Sequence record: ON506924
Origin: Escherichia phage vB_EcoM_SCS4
Reading direction: 5' to 3' (one strand)
DNA length: 64,000 nt
A program made the position numbers and the translations under genes. Position 1 is the stretch's first letter; the number at the start of each line of letters is the position of its first letter. Below the pieces are notes generated by a model that saw only the letters and a list, made by a program, of their open reading frames with translations, did no database searches and was not told the origin of the DNA. Positions 22,302 through 32,536 of this stretch are shown here, piece by piece.

Positions 22302-23396
22302 ATGGCAATTGTTAAAGAAATAACTGCTGATTTAATTAAAAAGTNCGGTGAGAAAATTTCAGCCGGACAGAGTACTAAATCAGAAGTAGGAACTAAAACA
22401 TACACAGCCCAGTTTCCAACTGGGCGTGCTAGTGGTAATGACACTACAGGGGACTTCCAGGTAACAGATCTATATAAGAATGGATTATTATTTACTGCAT
22501 ACAATATGTCATCTAGGGATTCTGGAAGTCTTAGATCGATGAGATCTAACTACTCTTCTTCATCTTCGAGTATTTTACGTACAGCCAGAAACACTATCAG
22601 TAATACAGTATCAAAACTATCAAATGGATTAATATCAAATAATAATTCAGGAACAATAAGTAAATCTCCTATCGCAAACATTCTTTTACCGAGATCTAAA
22701 TCTGATGTTGATACATCATCACATAGATTTAATGATGTTCAAGAAAGCCTTATCAGTAGAGGCGGAGGTACTGCTACTGGTGTGCTAAGTAATATTGCTT
22801 CAACCGCAGTATTTGGGGCGCTGGAAAGTATAACACAAGGTATAATGGCTGATAATAATGAACAGATTTATACGACAGCCAGAAGTATGTATGGTGGTGC
22901 TGAAAATAGAACTAAAGTGTTTACATGGGATTTGACTCCACGTTCAACAGAAGATTTAATGGCTATTATTAATATCTATCAATATTTTAACTATTTTTCT
23001 TATGGTGAAACTGGTAAATCTCAATATGCTGCTGAAATAAAGGGATATTTAGATGATTGGTATCGTTCTACGTTAATTGAACCTTTATCTCCGGAAGACG
23101 CAGCTAAAAATAAAACACTATTTGAGAAAATGACATCGAGTTTAACTAACGTTCTAGTAGTTTCAAACCCGACAGTTTGGATGGTGAAAAACTTTGGTGC
23201 AACATCTAAGTTTGATGGAAAAACGGAAATATTTGGTCCATGTCAAATACAGAGCATTAGATTTGATAAAACACCTAATGGTAACTTTAACGGATTAGCT
23301 ATTGCTCCAAACCTCCCTAGTACATTTACTCTCGAGATTACTATGAGAGAAATTATCACGTTAAACCGTGCTTCTTTATATGCGGGGACTTTTTAA
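22302..23396 (+). CDS. 48: baseplate tail-tube junction protein gp48 (364 aa)
   Basis: collinear with T4. Confidence 0.93.
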   Translation: MAIVKEITADLIKKXGEKISAGQSTKSEVGTKTYTAQFPTGRASGNDTTGDFQVTDLYKNGLLFTAYNMSSRDSGSLRSMRSNYSSSSSSILRTARNTISNTVSKLSNGLISNNNSGTISKSPIANILLPRSKSDVDTSSHRFNDVQESLISRGGGTATGVLSNIASTAVFGALESITQGIMADNNEQIYTTARSMYGGAENRTKVFTWDLTPRSTEDLMAIINIYQYFNYFSYGETGKSQYAAEIKGYLDDWYRSTLIEPLSPEDAAKNKTLFEKMTSSLTNVLVVSNPTVWMVKNFGATSKFDGKTEIFGPCQIQSIRFDKTPNGNFNGLAIAPNLPSTFTLEITMREIITLNRASLYAGTF

Positions 23397-24361
23397 TGTA
23401 TTCTTTAGAGGAATTTAATAATCAAGCAATAAACGCAGATTTCCAACGTAATAATATGTTTAGCTGCGTTTTTGCAACAACTCCATCAACTAAAAGCTCT
23501 TCGTTGATAAGTTCAATTAGCAACTTTTCNTATAATAACTTGGGCCTAAATTCAGATTGGTTAGGATTAACTCAAGGCGATATTAATCAGGGAATTACCA
23601 CGCTAATTACAGCTGGCACACAAAAACTGATAAGAAAATCAGGAGTTAGTAAATATCTTATTGGTGCCATGAGTCAACGTACAGTTCAAAGTTTATTAGG
23701 ATCATTTACAGTTGGTACATATTTAATTGACTTCTTTAACATGGCATATAACTCATCTGGATTGATGATATATTCTGTAAAAATGCCAGAGAATAGATTA
23801 TCCTATGAAACTGACTGGAACTACAACTCTCCTAATATTCGTATAACTGGGAGAGAATTAGACCCTTTGGTTATTTCATTTAGAATGGATTCAGAAGCTT
23901 GTAACTATCGTGCAATGCAAGACTGGGTTAACTCTGTTCAAGACCCAGTAACTGGATTACGTGCTTTGCCGCAAGATGTCGAGGCAGATATTCAGGTTAA
24001 TCTTCATTCTCGCAATGGATTACCTCATACTGCGGTGATGTTCACCGGATGCATTCCAATATCAGTGAGCGCTCCTGAGTTATCATATGATGGAGATAAC
24101 CAAATAACTACATTTGATGTTACTTTTGCGTACAGAGTGATGCAGGCTGGAGCAGTTGATAGGCAAGCTGCGCTTGAATGGCTTGAATCTGCTGCTATAA
24201 ATGGTATTCAAAGCGTTCTCGGAAATAGTGGAGGTGTTACTGGACTATCTAATTCGCTTTCACGACTTAGTAGATTAGGAGGAACTGCAGGAAGCATTTC
24301 AAACATTAATACTATGACAGGAATTGTCAATTCGCAGAGTAAAATATTAGGAGCAATATAA
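23396..24361 (+). CDS. 54: baseplate tail-tube initiator gp54 (321 aa)
   Basis: collinear with T4. Confidence 0.93.
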   Translation: MYSLEEFNNQAINADFQRNNMFSCVFATTPSTKSSSLISSISNFXYNNLGLNSDWLGLTQGDINQGITTLITAGTQKLIRKSGVSKYLIGAMSQRTVQSLLGSFTVGTYLIDFFNMAYNSSGLMIYSVKMPENRLSYETDWNYNSPNIRITGRELDPLVISFRMDSEACNYRAMQDWVNSVQDPVTGLRALPQDVEADIQVNLHSRNGLPHTAVMFTGCIPISVSAPELSYDGDNQITTFDVTFAYRVMQAGAVDRQAALEWLESAAINGIQSVLGNSGGVTGLSNSLSRLSRLGGTAGSISNINTMTGIVNSQSKILGAI

Positions 24362-24389
24362 CAATGGGGACCTTTCNNTNCCCATATTT

Positions 24390-24680
24390 TTATTTACGGA
24401 ATGAAATGAAAGCAGCAACTGAAGCAACTAAACTGTCTTCAATATAAACTTCAATTTTTACCGGAGCTTCTGACTCAAATTTACCTGTTACTACACCCTG
24501 AAAAATACTTTCAGTCTGTTCTGGCTTTGAAAAATTTTCAGAAGGAAAAATTCCGAACTTTTTATCTGTTCCAAAAATTTTGATAAATTCATCATAAACT
24601 GCTTCATTAAAAGCATTATCAGCAGGAATAACGCCTTCAACTACAAGTTCTTGACCTAAAAAGCGCAAAGAAGATTTCAT
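24390..24680 (-). CDS. hypothetical protein (alt-downstream ORF, 96 aa)
   Basis: ORF in the position of the T4 alt.-x genes. Confidence 0.65.
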   Translation of the reverse strand: MKSSLRFLGQELVVEGVIPADNAFNEAVYDEFIKIFGTDKKFGIFPSENFSKPEQTESIFQGVVTGKFESEAPVKIEVYIEDSLVASVAAFISFRK

Positions 24681-24740
24681 TTTGTGTTCCTCATGTTATG
24701 TCAGTAAGACTACTATAACACAACATAAGGAACTTGTAAA

Positions 24741-26804
24741 CTACATCTTGAACTTTTTAGACATTCCGTTGATGTTAACCAAAGAAGCCAAGATTTGAGA
24801 AACTTCGTTTTCCTCTTCTTTTGATTCTTCTACAANGAATTGATTAAATCCAGCCATTGGACGAACTTCACCAGTTTCCATTAAATGGTCGCCATCATAT
24901 ACTGATTCTTCTAATTGTTCAGAAGGAGGAACGATTGTACCTTCGATTAGATACTTGTTATAAGCAGTTTCTTTCATAAAGTACGTACTTACTTTATTAA
25001 TCTTCAGTAAAATTCCACGCGGTAGAATAACTTCAGCTTCTGATGGAAATCCTGATAAATGACCTGGAACGATAACTTTGATTCGCTCAGCTCCTTTAAT
25101 TACCATACCCACGCTAGTTTCAGCATCTTCATTGGCATATGTAGAATGACTACCCATATGCATTAAATCTTCTGCATCAACGGAACCTTCTCCTTCGCCA
25201 GAAAATACTGCGCCGGAATCATCTAGAGCCATATAGTTTTTACCATGCTCACCGAAGATATTTGGTTTAAGTGATGTCGATACGAAGTTCTTGAAATAGA
25301 ACATTTTATTTTCAATGTTATGACGCAAAGTTTTAAAGGTAACTTCTTGTCCACGGTAAAGTGTAGTTCCTGGAGGAAGAACTGATCCTTTGGCAAAGGC
25401 AGAATCTAACGTCTCGATGTGCTTAATAGCTCGTTCCATATATTCTTCACGGGTAGAATCTGGTTTACCCAAAAGGAACGAGTTCATTTCAACATATGAA
25501 TCTGCACAATAATCTTCAATTACATCAGATTCAGCCTGAGTCAGTCCTTTTGGAGTTACTTCGGTGCTTGCGTATTCATATGCCTGAGCAGCAGATTCAT
25601 TAATCAATTTATAAATGCCATTCATTACAAATTGAATAATAGCTGTCTTTTCATCTGACGTAGCTTTAGAACCTTTAACTAAATCATTNATAATTTTCTT
25701 AATAACATCAAAGCTATTAGAAATATTAATGTCAGCAAGATCGCTTAAAATTTTATCAGTTTTATAATCAAAGAATTCTTTATTCTTTAAATATTCTTGA
25801 GAACCTTGATATGTTATATCGCTCTGCAACTTGATAGATGGATCACGTAAACGTGCATGGGCTAATGCAATATGATTTCGGAAGCTTTCTAGTTCATAAT
25901 CGTTAGATTTAAAACGAGAAGCACTTCTCATACCACCGATAGCTCCTTTGCTAAAGTTTGAACCAATCTGGATAACGCCAGAGTTCATCGGACCTTCTGC
26001 TTTATATACCGGAACTTTAGATTCAAACTCTTGATATTTCTTGGCAGCGAAGCTATCACCCTGAAGTGAAGCATCAACAGTAGAATATTGAGCTTGTGCT
26101 GCTAATCGACGACTAATTTTAGTTTTCTGAATAACAGCTTGATCAGTGCGCTTATCATTTTCTAAAGCAATAGAAGCAGCAACAGCGACAGCTTTAGGAA
26201 CAGCATTACCTGTTTTAACGTCTACATAAACATCACCAACCTTTGATTCAACTTTTGTGAATAACTCAGTTGAAATAGGAGGTACACCTGGAATGTCTTC
26301 TAAATTGGCATTTTTACGGTAAACCATAATATATGCATACTTTTTATCGTAATCCCAGAGTTCCTTAAGAAGGACGTATCTGCCACCTGAACGACTACGG
26401 ATAAGTCTATCAGCAATAACTTGAATTTGTCGAGCTTGGCCAGCAGTTTTAGACTTAAGAATACGAAGCATACAAGCATCAATTTTATACTGACGCATTG
26501 TTTGCATTGCAACAGTAAAAACTGAATTGATATAATTAATTGGGCTTGGACCAAGACCTTTTAATTTAGCAATTGAACCTTTAGCAGTTAATGTAAAAGG
26601 AACAATATGCATCATTTTATCGCCCATCTTTAAATCGCGATTAGTATCACCTCCAGATGTATAGGTACATAAACGAAATCCTGGTTGTTCAATTGCATCA
26701 TCAACGTGAACTGAAAAAATTTGTGGTATTTTCTTCTTTGGATTTAAGTTTGTAATCGGAAGAGTAGTATCTTCGTCAAATAATTCTGTAATGAGTTCCA
26801 TCAT
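24741..26804 (-). CDS. alt: Alt ADP-ribosyltransferase, packaged internal head protein
   Basis: 687-aa ORF, length and position match T4 Alt (start may be the second Met). Confidence 0.9.
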   Translation of the reverse strand: MMELITELFDEDTTLPITNLNPKKKIPQIFSVHVDDAIEQPGFRLCTYTSGGDTNRDLKMGDKMMHIVPFTLTAKGSIAKLKGLGPSPINYINSVFTVAMQTMRQYKIDACMLRILKSKTAGQARQIQVIADRLIRSRSGGRYVLLKELWDYDKKYAYIMVYRKNANLEDIPGVPPISTELFTKVESKVGDVYVDVKTGNAVPKAVAVAASIALENDKRTDQAVIQKTKISRRLAAQAQYSTVDASLQGDSFAAKKYQEFESKVPVYKAEGPMNSGVIQIGSNFSKGAIGGMRSASRFKSNDYELESFRNHIALAHARLRDPSIKLQSDITYQGSQEYLKNKEFFDYKTDKILSDLADINISNSFDVIKKIXNDLVKGSKATSDEKTAIIQFVMNGIYKLINESAAQAYEYASTEVTPKGLTQAESDVIEDYCADSYVEMNSFLLGKPDSTREEYMERAIKHIETLDSAFAKGSVLPPGTTLYRGQEVTFKTLRHNIENKMFYFKNFVSTSLKPNIFGEHGKNYMALDDSGAVFSGEGEGSVDAEDLMHMGSHSTYANEDAETSVGMVIKGAERIKVIVPGHLSGFPSEAEVILPRGILLKINKVSTYFMKETAYNKYLIEGTIVPPSEQLEESVYDGDHLMETGEVRPMAGFNQFXVEESKEEENEVSQILASLVNINGMSKKFKM

Positions 26805-26837
26805 ATCCTNTCNAGTGTTTANTCTATTTATAAAATT

Positions 26838-26855
26838 AAAGGCCCGAAGGCCTTT
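26838..26855 (-). terminator. hairpin AAAGGCC-TTCG-GGCCTTT (minus-strand sense) upstream of alt
   Basis: seen in sequence between alt start and the upstream small ORF. Confidence 0.5.
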
Positions 26856-27042
26856 AATAATCTATAGGTAAGAGAGTACGATATATTTCAAACTTTGGAC
26901 CTTTTTCATAAGCATCAAATGTTTCTGTGAATTTATTATAAGCGTATGCATCTACAAATTCGAGAATGACTTGTGATACAGAAGTAGAAACATCTCCACC
27001 TTCTTTTTGAGCAATGACAATTGTTTCTAAGTAAGCTTTCAT
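26854..27042 (-). CDS. hypothetical protein (62 aa; T4 alt.1 position)
   Basis: small ORF overlapping gene 30 stop by 4 nt. Confidence 0.6.
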   Translation of the reverse strand: MKAYLETIVIAQKEGGDVSTSVSQVILEFVDAYAYNKFTETFDAYEKGPKFEIYRTLLPIDY

Positions 27043-28502
27043 AAACCAGTTACCTCATGAAAATCACCAAATACATCTTCGAACGTATTAGCTTTAGTTT
27101 TATCTTCACGTAAACGAATCGCAATCGGAAGAAATAATTTAACGTAATCAGTGCGGCCATCAGATTTTAACCAACCGTTGCATTCGCACTCTAGAATTTT
27201 TCCAATATAATAANTTTGGTTTTCCATAATGCGAGTACGGTCAAGCTCATGTGATTTTACGCCGGCTTTATCTTTTAAGCCTGAACCAGCATTTACTTTA
27301 ATTTTTCCACACTCTGATTCAAGAATAAATCCACCTGCTTTAGTAGGGTCTTTACGGTGAGGATAAATTCCTACAATTTTTAAATCAACATCAATTACTT
27401 CTTTAAATTTATAGAGATTTTTTGAACGAGCATTTTCCCATAATCCATCGATATTTTTGAGAATAATACCTTCAAGACCTTGGTCAATATACTTTTTGTA
27501 AATTACCTTAGCTTCATCTAGGTTATTTACTATCTGGTTTTCAATTAAAATTACTTTATCATAACCTGATGTCATTTGTTCTAGTTTAGAAAAACGTACA
27601 TCATATTTTAAACGAAATGCTGGAAGACCGTATATTTCTACCAACGGAACATAATCCCAGACCTGAAACTTCATGCATTGAGCTTCTTTTTCTGAAATAG
27701 TTCCCTTTAAAGATTTATTAGCGATTCCATTAGAAGTAGTACGTGATTCAGCTACTTCAGCAAACTCTTTAGCTTTACTAATTTCAGGATAAGCATCAAA
27801 AAGAAAATCTAGGCCTTCTGGCTCCTTTTTAACTTGCTCATGGTATACCAATTCGCCATCAATTAACACACCTTCTGGATGAATCTGGCGGGCTTCAGCG
27901 GTCATTTTGATTAACTCTTCCTTAAGAAGATCTAATCCTAGATATTCATTACCAGCTCGTGATAAAAGACGGACATCATCTAATTCATCACCTCTAACTT
28001 CGGCAAAGCACCGAGCTCCATCAGCTTTTAACTGGGCAAAGGCTGGAAATTTGATATTCTTATTAATGCCTTTTTCATCATAAGAACTTGCAAGCATTTG
28101 AGGTTGTTCAGGAATTAAACCTGGCCAAACTTTGTTTGCAATAGATACTGAAGCACCACATTCAAGGTCTCGCATCATCACTCGACGCAAAACTTCAACA
28201 TCATCTTTTTTACCATCGGTGATATATCCAGATAATTCCTCAATTGCCGCATTTCCGGTCAATTTCCGAGTAGCTAACGTGAATTCAATGAAGTCAAGCA
28301 TATCGGTAAGAGTCAACATTCCAAAACTCTGGGTAGCAATACCAGATTTAGGCCATTTCTTGATATAATACTGCAACCCACGAGAATAAGTCAGACGATA
28401 TACTCGTTTAAGCAATTCATTATCTTTATTCTTTTCAAGAATTGCTTGCTTCTGCTTAGTTGAACCAATAGATGCTATTTCGTTCAGAATTTTAAGAATC
28501 AT
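27039..28502 (-). CDS. 30: ATP-dependent DNA ligase gp30 (487 aa)
   Basis: sequence matches T4 DNA ligase, including the active-site KADG motif (AQLKADGARCF). Confidence 0.97.
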   Translation of the reverse strand: MILKILNEIASIGSTKQKQAILEKNKDNELLKRVYRLTYSRGLQYYIKKWPKSGIATQSFGMLTLTDMLDFIEFTLATRKLTGNAAIEELSGYITDGKKDDVEVLRRVMMRDLECGASVSIANKVWPGLIPEQPQMLASSYDEKGINKNIKFPAFAQLKADGARCFAEVRGDELDDVRLLSRAGNEYLGLDLLKEELIKMTAEARQIHPEGVLIDGELVYHEQVKKEPEGLDFLFDAYPEISKAKEFAEVAESRTTSNGIANKSLKGTISEKEAQCMKFQVWDYVPLVEIYGLPAFRLKYDVRFSKLEQMTSGYDKVILIENQIVNNLDEAKVIYKKYIDQGLEGIILKNIDGLWENARSKNLYKFKEVIDVDLKIVGIYPHRKDPTKAGGFILESECGKIKVNAGSGLKDKAGVKSHELDRTRIMENQXYYIGKILECECNGWLKSDGRTDYVKLFLPIAIRLREDKTKANTFEDVFGDFHEVTGL

Positions 28503-28768
28503 TGTTCATCCTTTAGAGTTTGGTTTACAGCTCTATTATAAATCAATTCATCATTAAGCTCAGTCAAAGACCTATGGTACGTGGTTCTAACTTTATTTCC
28601 TTGCATCCAGTGTTTGACGTAAATGAAACCTTGCTCTACACATTTTTTAAAAATTCGTTCGTCTTTTTGAGCTCGGAATTCTGGATTGCATCTAAAAAAT
28701 TGATTTACGTGACCGTAATCACGTGTAGTATTACCTTCATTTTCATAAATAGTGTGAACAACAAACAT
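28499..28768 (-). CDS. 30.1: hypothetical protein (T4 30.1 position)
   Basis: 89-aa ORF collinear with T4. Confidence 0.7.
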   Translation of the reverse strand: MFVVHTIYENEGNTTRDYGHVNQFFRCNPEFRAQKDERIFKKCVEQGFIYVKHWMQGNKVRTTYHRSLTELNDELIYNRAVNQTLKDEQ

Positions 28769-29622
28769 TAGAATGCTCCTTGGAAAATATTATCACCACT
28801 ACCACTAGTAAGTCTATTAAAATACCCTGCATCACCAGGCTTAATATAACTCCATGTATGGAATGGATGCATCTGATGTGAGTGCGTATAATATGGATGA
28901 TATGGATTATAAGGATTAAATCCAGGAGTTCTCCAGGTAGTGTTCCAACGAAAAGAATCATTTTTAATCATCTTTTCAATTACATCTTTTATAGCTTTTT
29001 CACTATCAAAACTTTCTTTATTTTCCTTTGGTGAAAAAAGCTTATTCTCTACATCGTTCCATGTATAAACTCGCTGAGCGGTTTTTGGAATACTGTCACG
29101 TTCCCCTCGAGCCATCCAATACACAGGAACACGTAATATTTCACTTGCATGATCGCAGTGGTGAGCGAGATCGTCAATATAACAAATTACATTATATTTC
29201 TCTTTTGCCTTTTTGAACAACTCTTCTTTTGAAGAATCATGACCACACATCATTACTTCTGAGAAGGCACCAGGAAAAAGAGCATTCAAATTAAATTGAC
29301 GATTCAACAAAGCGTCAATAGAATCACCCAATGCTGTAACAGCTACAAAATTATAATCTTCTTTTAATTTGTTAATTACACACAGAGCATCTTTATATGG
29401 AGACAAGTAACGAATAAAATCTGATCGATTGTATTTTTCAATTAACTTGACGCCAAGTTCTTCATCACAGTTAAAGAGTTTACCAGGAGAAATAAATTTC
29501 TCATCTTGGATCATTTTTAAAATATGTTCTAACGGAAGATTATATTTCTGAGCAAAATAAGGAAGGCCTGATTGCCAGCTTAAACATACTCCATCAATAT
29601 CAGTTAAAATAGTAGGCTTCAT
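28768..29622 (-). CDS. 30.2: HAD-superfamily phosphatase/nucleotidase-like protein (T4 30.2 position)
   Basis: N-terminal HAD motif I (ILTDIDGV) and a later DD motif (YIDDLAHH); aromatic/His-rich C-terminal tail. Confidence 0.75.
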   Translation of the reverse strand: MKPTILTDIDGVCLSWQSGLPYFAQKYNLPLEHILKMIQDEKFISPGKLFNCDEELGVKLIEKYNRSDFIRYLSPYKDALCVINKLKEDYNFVAVTALGDSIDALLNRQFNLNALFPGAFSEVMMCGHDSSKEELFKKAKEKYNVICYIDDLAHHCDHASEILRVPVYWMARGERDSIPKTAQRVYTWNDVENKLFSPKENKESFDSEKAIKDVIEKMIKNDSFRWNTTWRTPGFNPYNPYHPYYTHSHQMHPFHTWSYIKPGDAGYFNRLTSGSGDNIFQGAF

Positions 29623-30083
29623 AGAGAGTCTCTTAATAGGTTTAACACATCAATAAATTCAGCTTCGGTTAGTATTGTATCATCTTTTGTTAGACCACTA
29701 GCCATGCTGTGCTTCAAAACTTTTCCTTTCGAGGCTTGTAATGCATCACGAAAGCCCTTGTTTTGGATCGCTGCTTCAAAATATGCATTTGTGTATAATT
29801 CTTTCCACGCTGAGGAGTATCTTGAAAACGGAACTCCAAGCCAGAAGAGGGTCCCACGGTCCTGAGCTCTTGCATAAGACCTTCCAGCTTGTTGGGCGGC
29901 AAGCCCTGATAACCCAAATATACGACGTTGTTGTTCAACATTTTTCACCTTGCACCCTTGAAGGAATCCTTCTAGACCTCCAAATTGAATACCATCCATA
30001 ACGAAAGGCCATTGAGCGAAATTACTTAATGCACATGATGGCCACTTAAAATTGCTTCTAATCTCTAACTCAGACATTTTCAA
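29619..30083 (-). CDS. 30.3: YbiA/NADAR-like (DUF1768-type) protein (T4 30.3 position)
   Basis: segment ALSNFAQWPFVMDGIQFGGLEGFLQGCK resembles the E. coli YbiA motif FSNFAAWPIKVDGKTWPTSEHYFQAQK as I recall it. Confidence 0.75.
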   Translation of the reverse strand: MKMSELEIRSNFKWPSCALSNFAQWPFVMDGIQFGGLEGFLQGCKVKNVEQQRRIFGLSGLAAQQAGRSYARAQDRGTLFWLGVPFSRYSSAWKELYTNAYFEAAIQNKGFRDALQASKGKVLKHSMASGLTKDDTILTEAEFIDVLNLLRDSL

Positions 30084-30276
30084 TGCTTATAATTTCAACA
30101 TCAGCCCAATGACCATAGCAAGGAAGACGAAATTCAACTGGCCAGTTAGGGTCCTTTTCTAATATAATAGACTTAACTTGTGGTTCTTCATGTTCATCAG
30201 TATATGGATTTTTATCTGTTACTTTATATGTGACCTTAATGTACTGAATTCCAAAAATCTTATTAATTATATTCAT
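30070..30276 (-). CDS. hypothetical protein (30.4-like)
   Basis: 68-aa ORF in an overlapping operon-like array. Confidence 0.6.
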   Translation of the reverse strand: MNIINKIFGIQYIKVTYKVTDKNPYTDEHEEPQVKSIILEKDPNWPVEFRLPCYGHWADVEIISIENV

Positions 30277-30470
30277 ACTAATTCCTTTAATCCGTAAATA
30301 GGAGATAATTCATCACCCATACGAAGGTCTTCATTTCCATCTACCCAGGAAACAATATAAGCCTCTTTTATTTGAATACCACTCCATTTAAATGGAGGTA
30401 GAACCTTAGAAATTAATCCAGGTATACCAACTCCCTTTAATTCAACAGTTTGACCTAAAAAGAATTTCAT
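30273..30470 (-). CDS. hypothetical protein (30.5-like)
   Basis: 65-aa ORF with 4-nt overlap to neighbour. Confidence 0.6.
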   Translation of the reverse strand: MKFFLGQTVELKGVGIPGLISKVLPPFKWSGIQIKEAYIVSWVDGNEDLRMGDELSPIYGLKELV

Positions 30471-30757
30471 TAGAACCTCATCTGAAAACCGTGCGATTTA
30501 ACATTACCGCCGCCAATATCAGAAATGTTAATTTCGCGCGCAATTGAAGGGTCAATGTCAATTTCACGATTGAGTTTAGTGATAGCTAAAGTATCGCGCC
30601 CATTTACAGTACGGAACTCTAAAGGACAAACCACATCAACGTAGTTTTTAATCGATTCACTGGTAGGCTGCAAATGAGCAGGAAGGTCTTTGGGCGCCTT
30701 TGAGAAAACCACTTCACAGAAATTTTTACGGGTATCAAAATAAGTAGTCATAAACAT
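30470..30757 (-). CDS. hypothetical protein (30.6-like)
   Basis: 95-aa ORF. Confidence 0.65.
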   Translation of the reverse strand: MFMTTYFDTRKNFCEVVFSKAPKDLPAHLQPTSESIKNYVDVVCPLEFRTVNGRDTLAITKLNREIDIDPSIAREINISDIGGGNVKSHGFQMRF

Positions 30758-30774
30758 GGTATTTTCCTCAGTAA

Positions 30775-30788
30775 GGGGCCGAAGCCCC
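30775..30788 (-). terminator. hairpin GGGGC-TTCG-GCCCC (minus-strand sense)
   Basis: seen in sequence between two minus-strand ORFs. Confidence 0.5.
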
Positions 30789-30798
30789 TCATTTTATT

Positions 30799-31164
30799 TT
30801 AAATATCAAATTCATTAAGAACTACATCAAAGATTGCTTCGAGATGTTCAGGTTTAGCTCTGTTACTCAGAATATGACGAATCCAAGTTTTAACCAAAAG
30901 CTTGCGATTAGCACCATTCCAACAAGGATGAGTCCCTAAATCGCGTTGACGAAAATCATCATCCAGAGCGATTTTAAAGTTGGAACCTTCCATTGTGATT
31001 GAAACCGTGATGCCATTTTCAAATCGCATATAAACGTAATTAGGAGTCATATACTGTTCAATTTCGCATACTGATCCATTTTGATGTTTCCAAAGGCAAA
31101 TAGTATCAATAGAACCTGCAATACCATTAGAAACATATTTACGTTCAAAGTTGATGTAGTTCAT
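30799..31164 (-). CDS. hypothetical protein (30.7-like)
   Basis: 121-aa ORF. Confidence 0.7.
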   Translation of the reverse strand: MNYINFERKYVSNGIAGSIDTICLWKHQNGSVCEIEQYMTPNYVYMRFENGITVSITMEGSNFKIALDDDFRQRDLGTHPCWNGANRKLLVKTWIRHILSNRAKPEHLEAIFDVVLNEFDI

Positions 31165-31232
31165 TTTTATTCTCCGTGATGTTTAATTGCGGTACAGGTA
31201 TATAATATCATATCCTGTACCAAAGTAAACAA

Positions 31233-31565
31233 TTATTTTACTACTTTCCAATGCTTCATGTCAAGTTTACCAACTTTTTTCATCTTCTCAATTAAGCGTT
31301 CGGCACGTTGGCGAGCTGTAACATAATACCATTCACCTAATTCATTTTGTTCAATTTTTCCAACGATTACTGTATTCAATTCATAAATCCAACCGGTAAA
31401 GAAATTATGAACTTGAATTGTAAAGGTGAAATCTGTTCCCATACCTTCTGTTGTTTCTACTTCAATAATATCACCTTCAACTGCCATTAAGAACCACATA
31501 GTTTCATTATATTTACCATTGAAGCATTTAGTTTTAACTGCAGCGTTCAGATTAATCGTTTTCAT
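31233..31565 (-). CDS. hypothetical protein (30.8-like)
   Basis: 110-aa ORF. Confidence 0.7.
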   Translation of the reverse strand: MKTINLNAAVKTKCFNGKYNETMWFLMAVEGDIIEVETTEGMGTDFTFTIQVHNFFTGWIYELNTVIVGKIEQNELGEWYYVTARQRAERLIEKMKKVGKLDMKHWKVVK

Positions 31566-31651
31566 TTTATTCTCCTTTGTTTGTGTAAGATAATACTATC
31601 ACAAAGGAACCATATTGTAAACAACTTTGTGCAATCTTTGGAAAATAAAAA

Positions 31652-31671
31652 AGGACTCCCGAAGGAGTCCT
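31652..31671 (-). terminator. hairpin GGACTCC-TTCG-GGAGTCC (minus-strand sense)
   Basis: 8-bp stem with UUCG loop seen in sequence. Confidence 0.5.
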
Positions 31672-31675
31672 CAAC

Positions 31676-31852
31676 TTATGCTTTCTGCTTACCAAAACGA
31701 GAAGCATCATCTCGAAGAACCGCACGTGCTCGGCGCATGATCTTCTCAACAGTTTGATTGATACGAGAGTTCGACCCACGCTTGTAGCCAGCGCGTTTAG
31801 AATCACCAACTTTCTTTTCAACTGCTTTCTTTGCTTTAACTTGTTTTGCCAT
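31676..31852 (-). CDS. small highly basic protein (58 aa; 30.9-like)
   Basis: start placed at MAKQVKAKK, which has an AAGAGA RBS; track ORF extends further upstream without RBS support. Confidence 0.6.
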   Translation of the reverse strand: MAKQVKAKKAVEKKVGDSKRAGYKRGSNSRINQTVEKIMRRARAVLRDDASRFGKQKA

Positions 31853-32140
31853 TATAAATTCTCTTTTAAATGAAAATGCAGGACTTATTGGCATTGCCTG
31901 CGCAAGCCCTCAAGGGGGTACTTAGGTTTTGAATATTTACCGACAGGATAACCATAAACCTCGTCATCATACCACCAAGACTTACACAGATAACACTTTT
32001 CTGACGCATGATAGTAACATTCAAGAGGTACACCGTAAAACTGCCGGGGTCTTAAAACTATAATGATTCGCAAATCATTAATCAGACAGTTCGACGGCTC
32101 CTCGATTTAGCTCACACTAAGGCAGTGAATCTCCAATAAA

Positions 32141-32389
32141 TTACTTCAATGTTACCACAAAGTGACGAACTGCTTTTCGTGCAGCAGAAGCCAGAGGCTT
32201 AGCATATTTAAGTTCATCTTTTTCCTGAAGCTCAGCAGCTAATGCAGTTTGAGCAGGATTCAGATGTTTGAAATAACGCAGGATTTCAAGAGCTTCGGCT
32301 TCAACATCAATAGATGCGCCATAGTTTTCGTGACCATTATTCCATGCGTTTCGTTGCAGTTCAAGAGCGTGTTGTAATTGTTTAATCAT
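32141..32389 (-). CDS. rIII: rIII lysis-inhibition accessory protein (82 aa)
   Basis: length, sequence and position match T4 rIII. Confidence 0.9.
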   Translation of the reverse strand: MIKQLQHALELQRNAWNNGHENYGASIDVEAEALEILRYFKHLNPAQTALAAELQEKDELKYAKPLASAARKAVRHFVVTLK

Positions 32390-32536
32390 TTAAAAATTCT
32401 CGTTAGAGATTAAAACTCGGTAGTCACGTTCTTCTGAATTTCATCTTCTTTCGACAGATCTCTCAGTTGTAGACTACCACGTAGAATTGTTCGGTTAACA
32501 TATTATTCCGACACCCAATTCATATTATTATTTATA

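Noticed and set aside
31885-32073. 62-aa Cys/Tyr/Trp-rich ORF between the 30.9-like gene and rIII
   Set aside because: Requires a TTG start, has no Shine-Dalgarno sequence, and uses GC-rich codons (CCC, CGG) atypical for this AT-rich genome; more likely non-coding.
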